From NCBI GenBank assembly GCA_963702895.1, contig OY969767.1, positions 1,280,001 to 1,344,000 on the forward strand: a stretch of DNA of 64,000 bases. Reading direction: 5' to 3'. Shown here piece by piece: positions 8,748 through 17,715 of the stretch. This DNA comes from an uncultured Elusimicrobia bacterium (GTDB lineage: Bacteria > Elusimicrobiota > Elusimicrobia > 2-01-FULL-59-12). Made by a program: the position numbers and the translations under genes. Numbering within the stretch: position 1 is the stretch's first letter; each line of letters opens with the position of its first letter. The notes beneath the pieces were generated by a model. The model did no database searches. It saw only the letters and a program-made list of their open reading frames with translations, and was not told where the DNA came from.

Positions 8748-10709
8748 TCACGTCTGGCCCGTGGCTTCCATCCGAAGACGAATAGGCAGAATCACGGCTT
8801 CCAAGCCATTAAACAGTAATTTTCTCTGGAGCGCAAAAGAGGTCTGGTTGTGGAGCAGCCTGGTCCAGAAGGTTTCTCCCTCAAACGCCAATTGGCCCAT
8901 GAAATACACCTTCTTGTTCCATTCCATGGCCACCTGCTGACAGAGAAGGTCTAATTCCTCGATGACATCCGTCCCGAGTCCTGCCTTGGACTCGGCGTAA
9001 AATCCCATTTGATTGGCCAGCTTCACATATTTCGCGAGGTCCTGCTCAACACTTTGCATCAAGGCATCGATCTCCGCACGCCCCTTGAAGCGACCACTAT
9101 CAATGACGCCAACAGCCAGAAAGACGAAGTTCTTGAAATGACCCGGAAAGAAACGGTGAATGGCAAGGATCGAGTGTATCCCGATGCCGTTGTACCCGCT
9201 CACCATAAGAACGGCCGTGGGTGCGTCTTTTATTTTAGACGGCGGAGTTGCGATCGAAGGGAGCGGGAGGTCTCCTAGAATTTGATTTAAATCGCGCAGT
9301 GACATCAACGTGTGCTGATAATGTCTACGGATCATCACACAAGCCACAATGAAGCCCCCTGTCACAACGAAGGTGACCCACCCACCTTCTTTAAACTTGA
9401 CGACAGCGGTCAGGGCCAGGATGGCGAAGGTCACCAGCATCCCTGTGGCATTTACGATAAAACCGTAGACCCATCCTTTTCCCTTGGTTTGCACCCAGTG
9501 CAGAACCATGCCCAGTTGTGAAAGGGCGAAGGTGAGAAACACGTTGATGCTGTACATGACGATCAGGATCCGCACGGAGGCGTGAGTGTAGAAGATCATC
9601 CCAAGGGCCAGGAGGCCCATGAGGAGCACACCGTCTTTCATCACGAGGCGTTCGCTCAAGTTGGTAAAGCGCCTGGGTAGCCAGCGATCGACGGCCATGT
9701 TGGCCAAAACCCGAGGACCCCCTAGAAAACCTGTCTGTGATGCCACAATGAGCAGGGCCCCTTCAGAGACGAGCGTGATCAGAAGCCAGGCATGTCCGCC
9801 TCGCCACTGGTTCGTAAAGCTTTCGATCAGACTCGCGTTCAGTGTTTGGCCATGGATAGGCTGAACATTGTTGAGGAGATAATTGATTAAAAGACCTCCG
9901 GCCGTAAAGGAAAGGGAAATGGCCATATAGAACATCGTCTTTTTGGCGGTGGTCACGCGGGGTTCGCGAAGAAGCTGGACGCCGTTACTGACGGCCTCGA
10001 TCCCCGTAAACGTCCCACCACCCAAAGCAAAGGCTCGGAAGAGGATCATCGCAACGGCCCACAAACCGAGCTGAGACACTCCGGACTTCGTCTCATGAAC
10101 AGCGCTGGTCACCATCTGCGGCAAAGCGCTCCCGTGGGTGAAGATGCCATAGAGAATAAAGAACGTGTGCGTGAGCACAAACACCACAAAAATGGGGGTC
10201 AGAATGAGTACCGATTCTTTGATCCCACGCAGGTTTAAAATGATGAGAACCAGGAGACAGAAAACCACAGCCGCAAATTTCCACTCAAGCCACCCATTGG
10301 GCAGAAAGCTGAACATCGCGTCCATGGCCGAGGCGATCGAGATAGCAATGGTCAAAATATAGTCGACGAGCAACGCACACCCTGAAACGAGGCCTGCGCC
10401 AGAACCAAGCAACTTGGTCGTGACGAGGTAACCTCCACCGCCCGAAGGAAAGGCCTCAATAATCTGGGAGTAGCTCGCCGAAAGCAAGAAGACGGTCGCT
10501 ATCACCATGATGGCAAGCCACAAGGTGAGGTGAGTATGGGAGCCGAGACTTAGGAAAGCTTCTTCAGGGCCGTAACAGGACGAGGAAAGTCCATCTGCGC
10601 CCAATCCGATCCAGGCAAAAACAGCAATCAGGGACAGATGATGAAAAATACGGGGGTCAAGAGGATTCTTTCTCTTGCCAAACACAATTGTTTTAAGCTT
10701 TTCTACCAC
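8748..10709 (-). CDS. APC-family permease, KimA-like (probable K+ or amino-acid transporter); current GTG start lies in the IS end
   Basis: ADGLSSSCYGPEE and TGIEAVSNG motifs, about 12 TM segments plus a cytoplasmic C-terminal domain. The native ATG is displaced to 11988-11990 by the IS. Confidence 0.88.
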   Translation of the reverse strand: MVEKLKTIVFGKRKNPLDPRIFHHLSLIAVFAWIGLGADGLSSSCYGPEEAFLSLGSHTHLTLWLAIMVIATVFLLSASYSQIIEAFPSGGGGYLVTTKLLGSGAGLVSGCALLVDYILTIAISIASAMDAMFSFLPNGWLEWKFAAVVFCLLVLIILNLRGIKESVLILTPIFVVFVLTHTFFILYGIFTHGSALPQMVTSAVHETKSGVSQLGLWAVAMILFRAFALGGGTFTGIEAVSNGVQLLREPRVTTAKKTMFYMAISLSFTAGGLLINYLLNNVQPIHGQTLNASLIESFTNQWRGGHAWLLITLVSEGALLIVASQTGFLGGPRVLANMAVDRWLPRRFTNLSERLVMKDGVLLMGLLALGMIFYTHASVRILIVMYSINVFLTFALSQLGMVLHWVQTKGKGWVYGFIVNATGMLVTFAILALTAVVKFKEGGWVTFVVTGGFIVACVMIRRHYQHTLMSLRDLNQILGDLPLPSIATPPSKIKDAPTAVLMVSGYNGIGIHSILAIHRFFPGHFKNFVFLAVGVIDSGRFKGRAEIDALMQSVEQDLAKYVKLANQMGFYAESKAGLGTDVIEELDLLCQQVAMEWNKKVYFMGQLAFEGETFWTRLLHNQTSFALQRKLLFNGLEAVILPIRLRMEATGQT

Positions 10710-11978
10710 TGGTGTCCGGTAAAAGTTAGCCGAAGCTTAGCCATAGCTGAGGCTCCATAGTTCGAACTTTTGAAAGATTCTTTTCGGGCATACGCAATAG
10801 ATCGATGAGACTGAGCCGGTCGAGAAGGGTATTCTGAACCAACCGGTGCAGCAAGAACAGCGAACGCTGGAATCGTGTCTGGAACTTGATGTAGGCCAGG
10901 AGCAGGAAATAGCACAAGGCCACCCAGATTTGGGTAAAGACGGCATTTTTGGAAGTGCCGAGGAACGTTTTGATTTTGAGATGCTGCTTGAGCCACTTGA
11001 AGAACAGCTCGATCTGCCAACGGGCCTTATAGATTTGGGCAATGGTGAAAGCGGCCAGTTTGAAGTTATTGGTCATAAACTGGTAAGTGATGGCGGTGTC
11101 GGCATCGTAGTAGCCGATGAGTCGTAAAGGTTTCTTGTATTTCGTCTTGGTGCGTGGGCCTGTAAGCTCAATGGTGCGATCGTACAACAGGCCGTTTTTT
11201 AAGGGAATTTCTTGCTGTCCGGTGATGCGGCAGGTGAGGTTGTCTTTGGCACGGGTGACGAAGAAAGAGCCGAGATCGTCGATCTGACGGTACCAGCCGT
11301 AATCCATGTAGCCGCGGTCGAAGACATAGATGCTGTCCGGTTCTAAGGGAAAAAGACGTTTGGCGGCATGGTCGAAGCACTTTCCATCGGTGATGACGGC
11401 AAAGGAAGGGATTTGGCCACGCAAGTCCAGTTGGCAATGCAGTTTGATCGCTCCTTTGGCCTGTTTAAAGGTGGCCCAAGGGAAAAGGTTCAGGCACAGT
11501 TCCATGTTCGTGGAATCGAAGCAGGTCACTTTGTGTTTAAAACGGAACTGATGCTTAGGCGCGATGGCTTGGCACCGATCCAGCAGGTGATAGAAGAGCT
11601 TTTCCATGATGCGCCAGTCGCGCCCAGCGTTAGCGTCAGCCAGGGTAGAACGTTTCACTGGCGGCAGCCCCAAGTGATAGAGCTTGGGTTGTTGCGTGCC
11701 TAAAGCCGTCTGGATGTCACGCAGGCTTGTTTTACCGCTGGCCTGAGCACAGAGGAGTGTCGTGAGCTGGTTCCAAGTCGAGAATTTTTTAACGTAGGCG
11801 TCGCCGCCGAAGCCAGAAACGGCTTGGTCGAACTGATGTCGTGGTAAAAGGAGAAGCAGTTGGTTCATTATGGTGTTAGAATGCATGAGCGAAATCCTCC
11901 CTCGGACAGAATGGTTTGCTTGGTCGCAATCATTCTACCGAACCAGGGGGATTTCGCATTTTTAACCGGACACGAGTG
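10707..11978 (-). mobile_element. IS4-family insertion sequence, 1272 bp
   Basis: Terminal IRs CACTGGTGTCCGGTAAAA / TTTAACCGGACACGAGTG; 9-bp target duplication CTTTTCTAC at 10698-10706 and 11979-11987. Confidence 0.95.
10726..11886 (-). CDS. IS4-family DDE transposase (DUF4372-type N-terminus)
   Basis: FDST, FDRGY and YKARWQIELFFKWLKQ (YREK signature); intact 386 aa. Confidence 0.96.
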   Translation of the reverse strand: MHSNTIMNQLLLLLPRHQFDQAVSGFGGDAYVKKFSTWNQLTTLLCAQASGKTSLRDIQTALGTQQPKLYHLGLPPVKRSTLADANAGRDWRIMEKLFYHLLDRCQAIAPKHQFRFKHKVTCFDSTNMELCLNLFPWATFKQAKGAIKLHCQLDLRGQIPSFAVITDGKCFDHAAKRLFPLEPDSIYVFDRGYMDYGWYRQIDDLGSFFVTRAKDNLTCRITGQQEIPLKNGLLYDRTIELTGPRTKTKYKKPLRLIGYYDADTAITYQFMTNNFKLAAFTIAQIYKARWQIELFFKWLKQHLKIKTFLGTSKNAVFTQIWVALCYFLLLAYIKFQTRFQRSLFLLHRLVQNTLLDRLSLIDLLRMPEKNLSKVRTMEPQLWLSFG

Positions 11979-12020
11979 CTTTTCTACCATAAAAGAAATA
12001 GACCAAAGATTAAACCGAAG

Positions 12021-13238
12021 TTAAACCTTTGGTCTGCTCCTTGGCGAGGCCTTATAAGCGCGAGAATACAATAATAAGCCTATCCAAATCCAGGCGATCC
12101 ATGACCATGCCAGAAGAGGGGTCAGGGAGCGCCACGCAAACACAAAGGCAACCAGAGGAGCCATGAGATGCTCCCATGGAGCGCTCGGGACCCAGCGAGC
12201 CCGTTCCAGCACGCGCACCGCTTGAAAACGGTCTCTCTTGAGCTTCTGGATGACGGCGTTTTCCAGCGAATCCCTGGTCATGTTCCTCCAGCCAGGGAGC
12301 ATCAAGGCATTCCATGCCGCCGTGGCAAACCCATAGCCATGACTATCTGAAATACCTGTAATTAAGAGATTATTGAGAGAACATAGATTTAGAATCTCGT
12401 GTCGCATGTGGCTTGGAAAATCAAGAGCCTCCGGGGCGCTATTGACCACCTCGAAACCGTCAATACCCCAATCCATTAAGTTCTGTACCCCTTTCCCCCA
12501 ATGGTGTTGCCAATATTCAGGCAAAGAGGCCATCACAAGTAATCCCTTCTTGTGCATGTCTTTGATAAAGATGGGGATCTTCGAGGGATCTGAGTCATAA
12601 GGCCTGTTGTCGATCCAATCTCGCGTGCCAAGAACAACCAGATGGGTCTTCTCTAGACTTACCTCCTCACCAACCAAAGAGAAATAGCCCAGCTCAGGAC
12701 CATTCTGACGCGTCAGATCCCTGCCCTCCAGGGCGTTTTGGATCCTGTTGTGGTCCGTAATAAAGGCAGCACCGTAGCCTTGTTCCTTGTGCCAGCGCAT
12801 GTTCGCGAGGGTTCCAAAGGAAGGCCGTCCGTCATGTGAGGCGCTGGTGTGAGAATGAAAGTCGATGATCAGGATGTCGGGGTTCGATGCGACGAGTCGC
12901 GCCATCGGCCTTGGCCCCAGGACTCCCCAGGCAAGAAAGACCACCAGGATAGCGCTTGAGACAACCCCTGTTTTCGCGCCGCCAAGCCAAAAGCAGAGGC
13001 CGATCCCAAGCGTTATAAGTGCCAAGAATACGAAACTCGAGCGCAGTCCAAGGAGGGTGAGCGCGTCGGCCAGGCCGCAAAAGGGGGCCAGAAGAATGTA
13101 GCCCACGCCATAATCCATCCGAAACCCTTCGGCCCAGGCGCCTGCAGCGATGTCCCACACTGGCGACGGCAGCGGGAAAGCCTGCGAGACAAGAACCAGG
13201 CCGGACAGAAAAACGGCCAGACGCACTCGTGGTGTCAT
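12021..13238 (-). CDS. Membrane-anchored PHP-domain phosphoesterase
   Basis: DFHSHT, ITDHN, GEE and SDSHG PHP motifs with flanking TM helices. Start at ATG 13238 is coupled to the dedA stop. Confidence 0.82.
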   Translation of the reverse strand: MTPRVRLAVFLSGLVLVSQAFPLPSPVWDIAAGAWAEGFRMDYGVGYILLAPFCGLADALTLLGLRSSFVFLALITLGIGLCFWLGGAKTGVVSSAILVVFLAWGVLGPRPMARLVASNPDILIIDFHSHTSASHDGRPSFGTLANMRWHKEQGYGAAFITDHNRIQNALEGRDLTRQNGPELGYFSLVGEEVSLEKTHLVVLGTRDWIDNRPYDSDPSKIPIFIKDMHKKGLLVMASLPEYWQHHWGKGVQNLMDWGIDGFEVVNSAPEALDFPSHMRHEILNLCSLNNLLITGISDSHGYGFATAAWNALMLPGWRNMTRDSLENAVIQKLKRDRFQAVRVLERARWVPSAPWEHLMAPLVAFVFAWRSLTPLLAWSWIAWIWIGLLLYSRAYKASPRSRPKV

Positions 13239-13858
13239 GACAGTATCTTTTTGGCGCGCCATTCCTTCCACATTTCAAAGATGATCGGCAGGACAGACAA
13301 AACGATGACGATGAGAATAATCTTGTGGACATGCTGGTCCACATTGGGAATGAGCCGTCCCAGGAAATAGCCTGTGAAGAGCATGGAAATAACCCAGGCA
13401 ACTCCGCCGACGACGTTATAAGTGAGGAAGACGGAATAGCGCATTTCAGCAATACCCGCAACCGTGGGTGCAAAGGTCCGGACAATCGGGACAAAGCGGG
13501 CCAACACAATGGTTTTAGCGCCGTATTTCTCGTAAAAGCGCTTGGTCCTGAGCAAATGGTTTTTATGAAAGAGAATCGAATCTTCCCGGGAGAAGATCTT
13601 TGGCCCTAATCTCCTTCCCACAGCGTAATTGAACGAATCGCCCAAGATCGCAGCCGCAATGAGCTCCGCCACCAGGACATAAATATTTAAATGCCCTGCT
13701 GCAGCAAGGAGTCCCGCGGTGACGAGCAGAGAGTCGCCAGGCAGGAAAAACCCGGCCATGATGCCAGTTTCGGCAAAAACAATGAGAATGAGCACCGCAT
13801 GCCCGCCCCAACGGATGAGCTCTTCAAGCCGATAGAGCTGATGGAAAAAGTCGCTCAC
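13235..13858 (-). CDS. DedA family membrane protein
   Basis: FAETG..FFLPGDSLL and ARFVPIVRTFAP motifs. Confidence 0.95.
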   Translation of the reverse strand: MSDFFHQLYRLEELIRWGGHAVLILIVFAETGIMAGFFLPGDSLLVTAGLLAAAGHLNIYVLVAELIAAAILGDSFNYAVGRRLGPKIFSREDSILFHKNHLLRTKRFYEKYGAKTIVLARFVPIVRTFAPTVAGIAEMRYSVFLTYNVVGGVAWVISMLFTGYFLGRLIPNVDQHVHKIILIVIVLSVLPIIFEMWKEWRAKKILS

Positions 13859-14631
13859 TTCGTTTGGTGGATTTCTTCGGACAGGATGATGGCTTCAGCG
13901 ATTTCCTTCATCGATCTTCGTCGGTCCATCGCCTGGCGCTGGATCAAGCGAAAAGCCGCGTCTTCGGGGAGACTCTGCTTCCTCATAAGGATACCCTTCG
14001 CGCGCTCAATGATTTTGCGCGTTTCAAGAGCCTCCTCTGCCACCACCGCCTTCTCCAGGGCCCGCGTATGCTCGATGGCAACCGCGGCCTGGTTGGCCAC
14101 CATTTGCAGAAGATGGATTTCCTCATCCGAGAACGTATGGATCTCGGTGGTATAGCAATTGAGGACGCCAATGGGTTTCTCCTTGATCATCATGGGGATG
14201 ACCAAGAGCGACCGCAGATTAGCTTTTCGTGCGATATCGGGATAGGTGTACTGCGGATCTTGGGCCACATCCGGGACAATCATAGGGCGCTTTTCTAAGA
14301 CAGCTCTGCCAGAGACGCTCGCGCGTACCGGCACAGGTGGCTTTGTTTTGTACTCCTCGCTCACACTTTGCGTTGCCTCAATCTTGAGCGACGTCCCCTT
14401 CTCGTCCAGGAGCATCAGCGAACAGACTTTGGACCCCAGCATCTCGGCGGTCATGCTCACAATCAGCTGCAAGATCTCACGGATATAGATGCCCTGGGCG
14501 ATCGATTGGGACATCTTCGCGAGCGTCTCAATCTGTTGAGACTTTTTGCTTTTTTGTTGGTCGAGCTGCGACCGCAAAAGCTCGATTTCTCGTTCTTTTT
14601 CTTTCAGTTTTTCTTTAAGAGGCGTTGCCAT
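13855..14631 (-). CDS. GAF-ANTAR RNA-binding regulator
   Basis: Coiled coil, then GAF domain, then ANTAR (LETRKIIERAKGILM...AF.LIQRQAMD). Start placed at MATPLK. Confidence 0.92.
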   Translation of the reverse strand: MATPLKEKLKEKEREIELLRSQLDQQKSKKSQQIETLAKMSQSIAQGIYIREILQLIVSMTAEMLGSKVCSLMLLDEKGTSLKIEATQSVSEEYKTKPPVPVRASVSGRAVLEKRPMIVPDVAQDPQYTYPDIARKANLRSLLVIPMMIKEKPIGVLNCYTTEIHTFSDEEIHLLQMVANQAAVAIEHTRALEKAVVAEEALETRKIIERAKGILMRKQSLPEDAAFRLIQRQAMDRRRSMKEIAEAIILSEEIHQTK

Positions 14632-14706
14632 AGTTTGAAGGCCTATATTTAAGCAATTTACGAGAGCTCTTTCCCGGCCAATCGTTAGCCGGGAATCTTC
14701 TGTTGA

Positions 14707-14792
14707 CGTCACCCCGGAGATCCGTTATCCGGGGTCCATCATCGACGGCAAAGAATTGATGGATCCCCCCCTTACGACCGGGGGGGATGACG
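14707..14792. repeat. CGTC-tagged REP-like palindromic repeat (second copy)
   Basis: CGTCACCCCGGA...TCCGGGGTCCAT...ATGGATCCCCCC...GGGGGGATGACG; same architecture as 1972-2040. Confidence 0.8.
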
Positions 14793-14849
14793 GTACAAAA
14801 AAGTGCCGCACTCTCAGTCGATAAAGAACGTTCAACAGAACTTTTCCGG

Positions 14850-15848
14850 TTAGCCCAGTCGACTCCGGGTTTGTGTGATCAGCTCGTCCCAGCGAGCCAG
14901 CGTTGCGATGCGGTTCACGTGGGACCTGAAGGACGTAGCGACAGGAAATCCTGCAACGTAGTAGGGGACGATCTTTCTCAAGCGCAAGAGACCGGTTCGT
15001 TCGCCAAAGAACTCAGCGGCCCAAGCCGCATGCTGCGCCAAGGTCTCCAGTTTCTCGCGGTGGGTCGGCGGCGGCAAGATTTCACCTGTACACAAGTAGT
15101 GCTGAATCCGCTGGAAGATACCAGGATCTCCAATGGCCGCTCTTCCGATCGACACTCCCGCACAGCCGGAAAGGCGAAGGAAGTTTTCAGCATCCTGTGG
15201 CGTGGAAACCCCGCCGTTTCCGATGACGGGAATTTTAACAGCCTCCACGGTTTGTTTGAGACCTTCCCAGTCCGCCCGGCCCGTGTGTTTTTGCGAAACG
15301 GGTCGTGCATGGACGATAACACCGGCCACACCGCAATCTTCCGCGAGCTTGGCAAGCGCGGGGGCAAGGTACTCATTTGCCCGGAGACCGATCCGGATCT
15401 TGACGGTGACCGGGATACGTACGGCCCTGACCACGGCCTGAAGAATGGCACCAAAACGTTTTTCGTCTTTGAGCAAGGCCGCACCGGACTTGGTCTTGAC
15501 GATTTTAGGGACTGGGCAGCCGGCGTTGATATCAATCGCATCTGCCCCGTAGTCCTGAATGATCTTGGAGGCCTCGGCCATCACGACAGGCTCCGACCCC
15601 ATGATCTGGCAGCTCAGAGGCCGCTCGTCAGGGAAGAACTTCAATAAGTGCAGGGTCTTCTGATTACCGTAACGGATCGCTTGAGCCGAGAGCATCTCGC
15701 CACACATAAGCGAAGACCCTCCCCGCGCACAGAGGCGGCGAAACGGTGCGTCCGTCACCCCCACCATCGGGGAGATCAGAATATTGTGCGCCAGACGCAG
15801 CGATCCGAGCGCGATGGGATGGGACAGGCTGGACAGCTCAACGGGCAT
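14850..15848 (-). CDS. dusB: tRNA-dihydrouridine synthase B
   Basis: SPMVGVTDAPFR, IDINAGCP, VTVKIRIG and IGNGGV motifs. Confidence 0.94.
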   Translation of the reverse strand: MPVELSSLSHPIALGSLRLAHNILISPMVGVTDAPFRRLCARGGSSLMCGEMLSAQAIRYGNQKTLHLLKFFPDERPLSCQIMGSEPVVMAEASKIIQDYGADAIDINAGCPVPKIVKTKSGAALLKDEKRFGAILQAVVRAVRIPVTVKIRIGLRANEYLAPALAKLAEDCGVAGVIVHARPVSQKHTGRADWEGLKQTVEAVKIPVIGNGGVSTPQDAENFLRLSGCAGVSIGRAAIGDPGIFQRIQHYLCTGEILPPPTHREKLETLAQHAAWAAEFFGERTGLLRLRKIVPYYVAGFPVATSFRSHVNRIATLARWDELITQTRSRLG

Positions 15849-16848
15849 GGGAGGGACTCCAGTTCTCGATGGCAAGGTTCGCGCTGATGAGAAGTTCTCT
15901 TCCCTTGGCATGCTTGGCCTTATAAAAGCCGGCGGCGGCGATCATGACAGCATTGTCCGTGCAAAACTTATGATCAGGCAGGTAAACACGCACATACTCT
16001 TGCCTCGCCGCTTGCTCGAAAAGCTCCCGCAGCCTGCGGTTGGCGGCAACGCCTCCTCCAACAACGATGGATTTCAAATGATGGTCCTTCGCTGCGGCGA
16101 TGGTTTTTCGGACCAGCACATCCACCACGGCTTCCTGGAAGGAGGCCGCGACATCCTTTCGACGAACACGTGAATAGGATGGCCCGAATCGTAAATAGTT
16201 CGCGACAGATGTTTTAATCCCGCTAAAGGAAAAGTCATGGGTACCAGGGATCCAGGACCTTGGGAATGCGATCGCGTCTGTTCGTCCATGCCGGGACGCC
16301 TTGTCGATCGATGGACCTCCTGGGAAGGGCAGGCCCAGAAGATTAGCGACTTTGTCAAAGGCCTCTCCTGCGGCGTCATCGCGAGTTGAACCTAATCGTT
16401 CGTAGCGGCCGTAGCCTCGGAAAATGACGAGCTCCGTATGACCACCGGACACGATGAGGCCGAGAAAGGGTGGTTGAAGCGCTGGGTGCTCCACGAGCCC
16501 CGCGAAAAGATGCCCTTCCAGATGGTTCACCCCAATCACAGGCACCCCCCACGTCCAGCCCAGAGTCTGAGCGGTCACGGAACCGACGAGGAGACAGCCG
16601 ATCAACCCCGGGCCTGTCGTCACCGCAATGGCGTCAATGTCGGAGCCGCCGCGCTCGCCGAGGACCTTCTCGAGCAGAGGATTGAGACGCTCCACATGGG
16701 CCCGGCTCGCAAGCTCTGGCACAACCCCCTTAAAAGGTTTGTGCACCTCCAACTGGGAGGCGACGGCGCTGCGGAGCACCTGGCGTCCATCCCGCACGAT
16801 CGCGACAGCCGTTTCGTCGCAGGAGGTCTCGATGCCAAGGATATTCAT
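15838..16848 (-). CDS. tsaD: t6A threonylcarbamoyltransferase TsaD
   Basis: LGIETSCDET, NHLEGH, DDAAGEAFDK and CTDNAVMIA motifs. Confidence 0.98.
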   Translation of the reverse strand: MNILGIETSCDETAVAIVRDGRQVLRSAVASQLEVHKPFKGVVPELASRAHVERLNPLLEKVLGERGGSDIDAIAVTTGPGLIGCLLVGSVTAQTLGWTWGVPVIGVNHLEGHLFAGLVEHPALQPPFLGLIVSGGHTELVIFRGYGRYERLGSTRDDAAGEAFDKVANLLGLPFPGGPSIDKASRHGRTDAIAFPRSWIPGTHDFSFSGIKTSVANYLRFGPSYSRVRRKDVAASFQEAVVDVLVRKTIAAAKDHHLKSIVVGGGVAANRRLRELFEQAARQEYVRVYLPDHKFCTDNAVMIAAAGFYKAKHAKGRELLISANLAIENWSPSHAR

Positions 16849-17672
16849 CGTTGATAGAGGGTGGGAAGTGTGACAAACTCAATACCGAGCGCCTGGAACT
16901 CGGGGACCTTACGGGCCAGCGCTTCCACAAGGAATTTTCTGCGGTAATGCCCGATGGCGATCGTCTGCTTTCGTTTCAAAGCAAGCTTTTGAACAATCTC
17001 CAGCTGCTTTTCGATGGCTTCGATGGAGTCTTCGCCATCCAGAAACGTTTCATTACGCAAGCAGGGCACATCCAGGCGTTTGGCGACTCGCATGACCACC
17101 GAACGCGTCGAGGTGTAAGAGTCAAGGAAATAATAGTTTCGCTCTTTAACCCACCCCAGAAGCAGCGTCATTTTGGGCTCGCTCTCTGTAAAGGCTGAGC
17201 CCATATGATTGTTGATGCCGACCAGGTTCGGCACGCTTTGAACAGCCCGATCAAACTGATGCTTGAGCTCCTGATCTGTCATGTGAAGATAAAGGGCCGC
17301 TGGACCAGGATTATTTTGCACCACATCGAGAGGCTCCATCGGCAAATGCAGCATCACGGCAAATTGCAGCGCGGTCGCTTTTTCGGAGAGAGCGTTTGCC
17401 AGTTTATGGCGGGGCAATATCGCGAAAGTGAGGGGTATGCCCAGGGACGCGAAGCGGTCCATGATGTTCATATCGTAAGCGACGTCATCGATGACAACGG
17501 CCACGCGAGGACCTGGTTCGAGGATTGGCGCTTCCGGGGCGAGGGGCTTTGATTCTTCTGGGGGTCGATGAAAGAGGCTCGCGCGCCAGAACTTCTGATA
17601 CCCGAGCCAGGACAAAGCCATCACCAGAAGCGCAAGGGCCGCAACGACATACGCCTTCCTGCGGGGAGTCAC
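16845..17672 (-). CDS. Divergent polysaccharide deacetylase (YibQ/DUF610-like)
   Basis: VVIDD, MLHLPMEP, GINNHMGS and FLDS motifs; N-terminal TM. Confidence 0.92.
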   Translation of the reverse strand: MTPRRKAYVVAALALLVMALSWLGYQKFWRASLFHRPPEESKPLAPEAPILEPGPRVAVVIDDVAYDMNIMDRFASLGIPLTFAILPRHKLANALSEKATALQFAVMLHLPMEPLDVVQNNPGPAALYLHMTDQELKHQFDRAVQSVPNLVGINNHMGSAFTESEPKMTLLLGWVKERNYYFLDSYTSTRSVVMRVAKRLDVPCLRNETFLDGEDSIEAIEKQLEIVQKLALKRKQTIAIGHYRRKFLVEALARKVPEFQALGIEFVTLPTLYQR

Positions 17673-17715
17673 GGACGGATGAGAAAACGAAGGAAAGCGA
17701 GAGGTCTCGCCTGCC

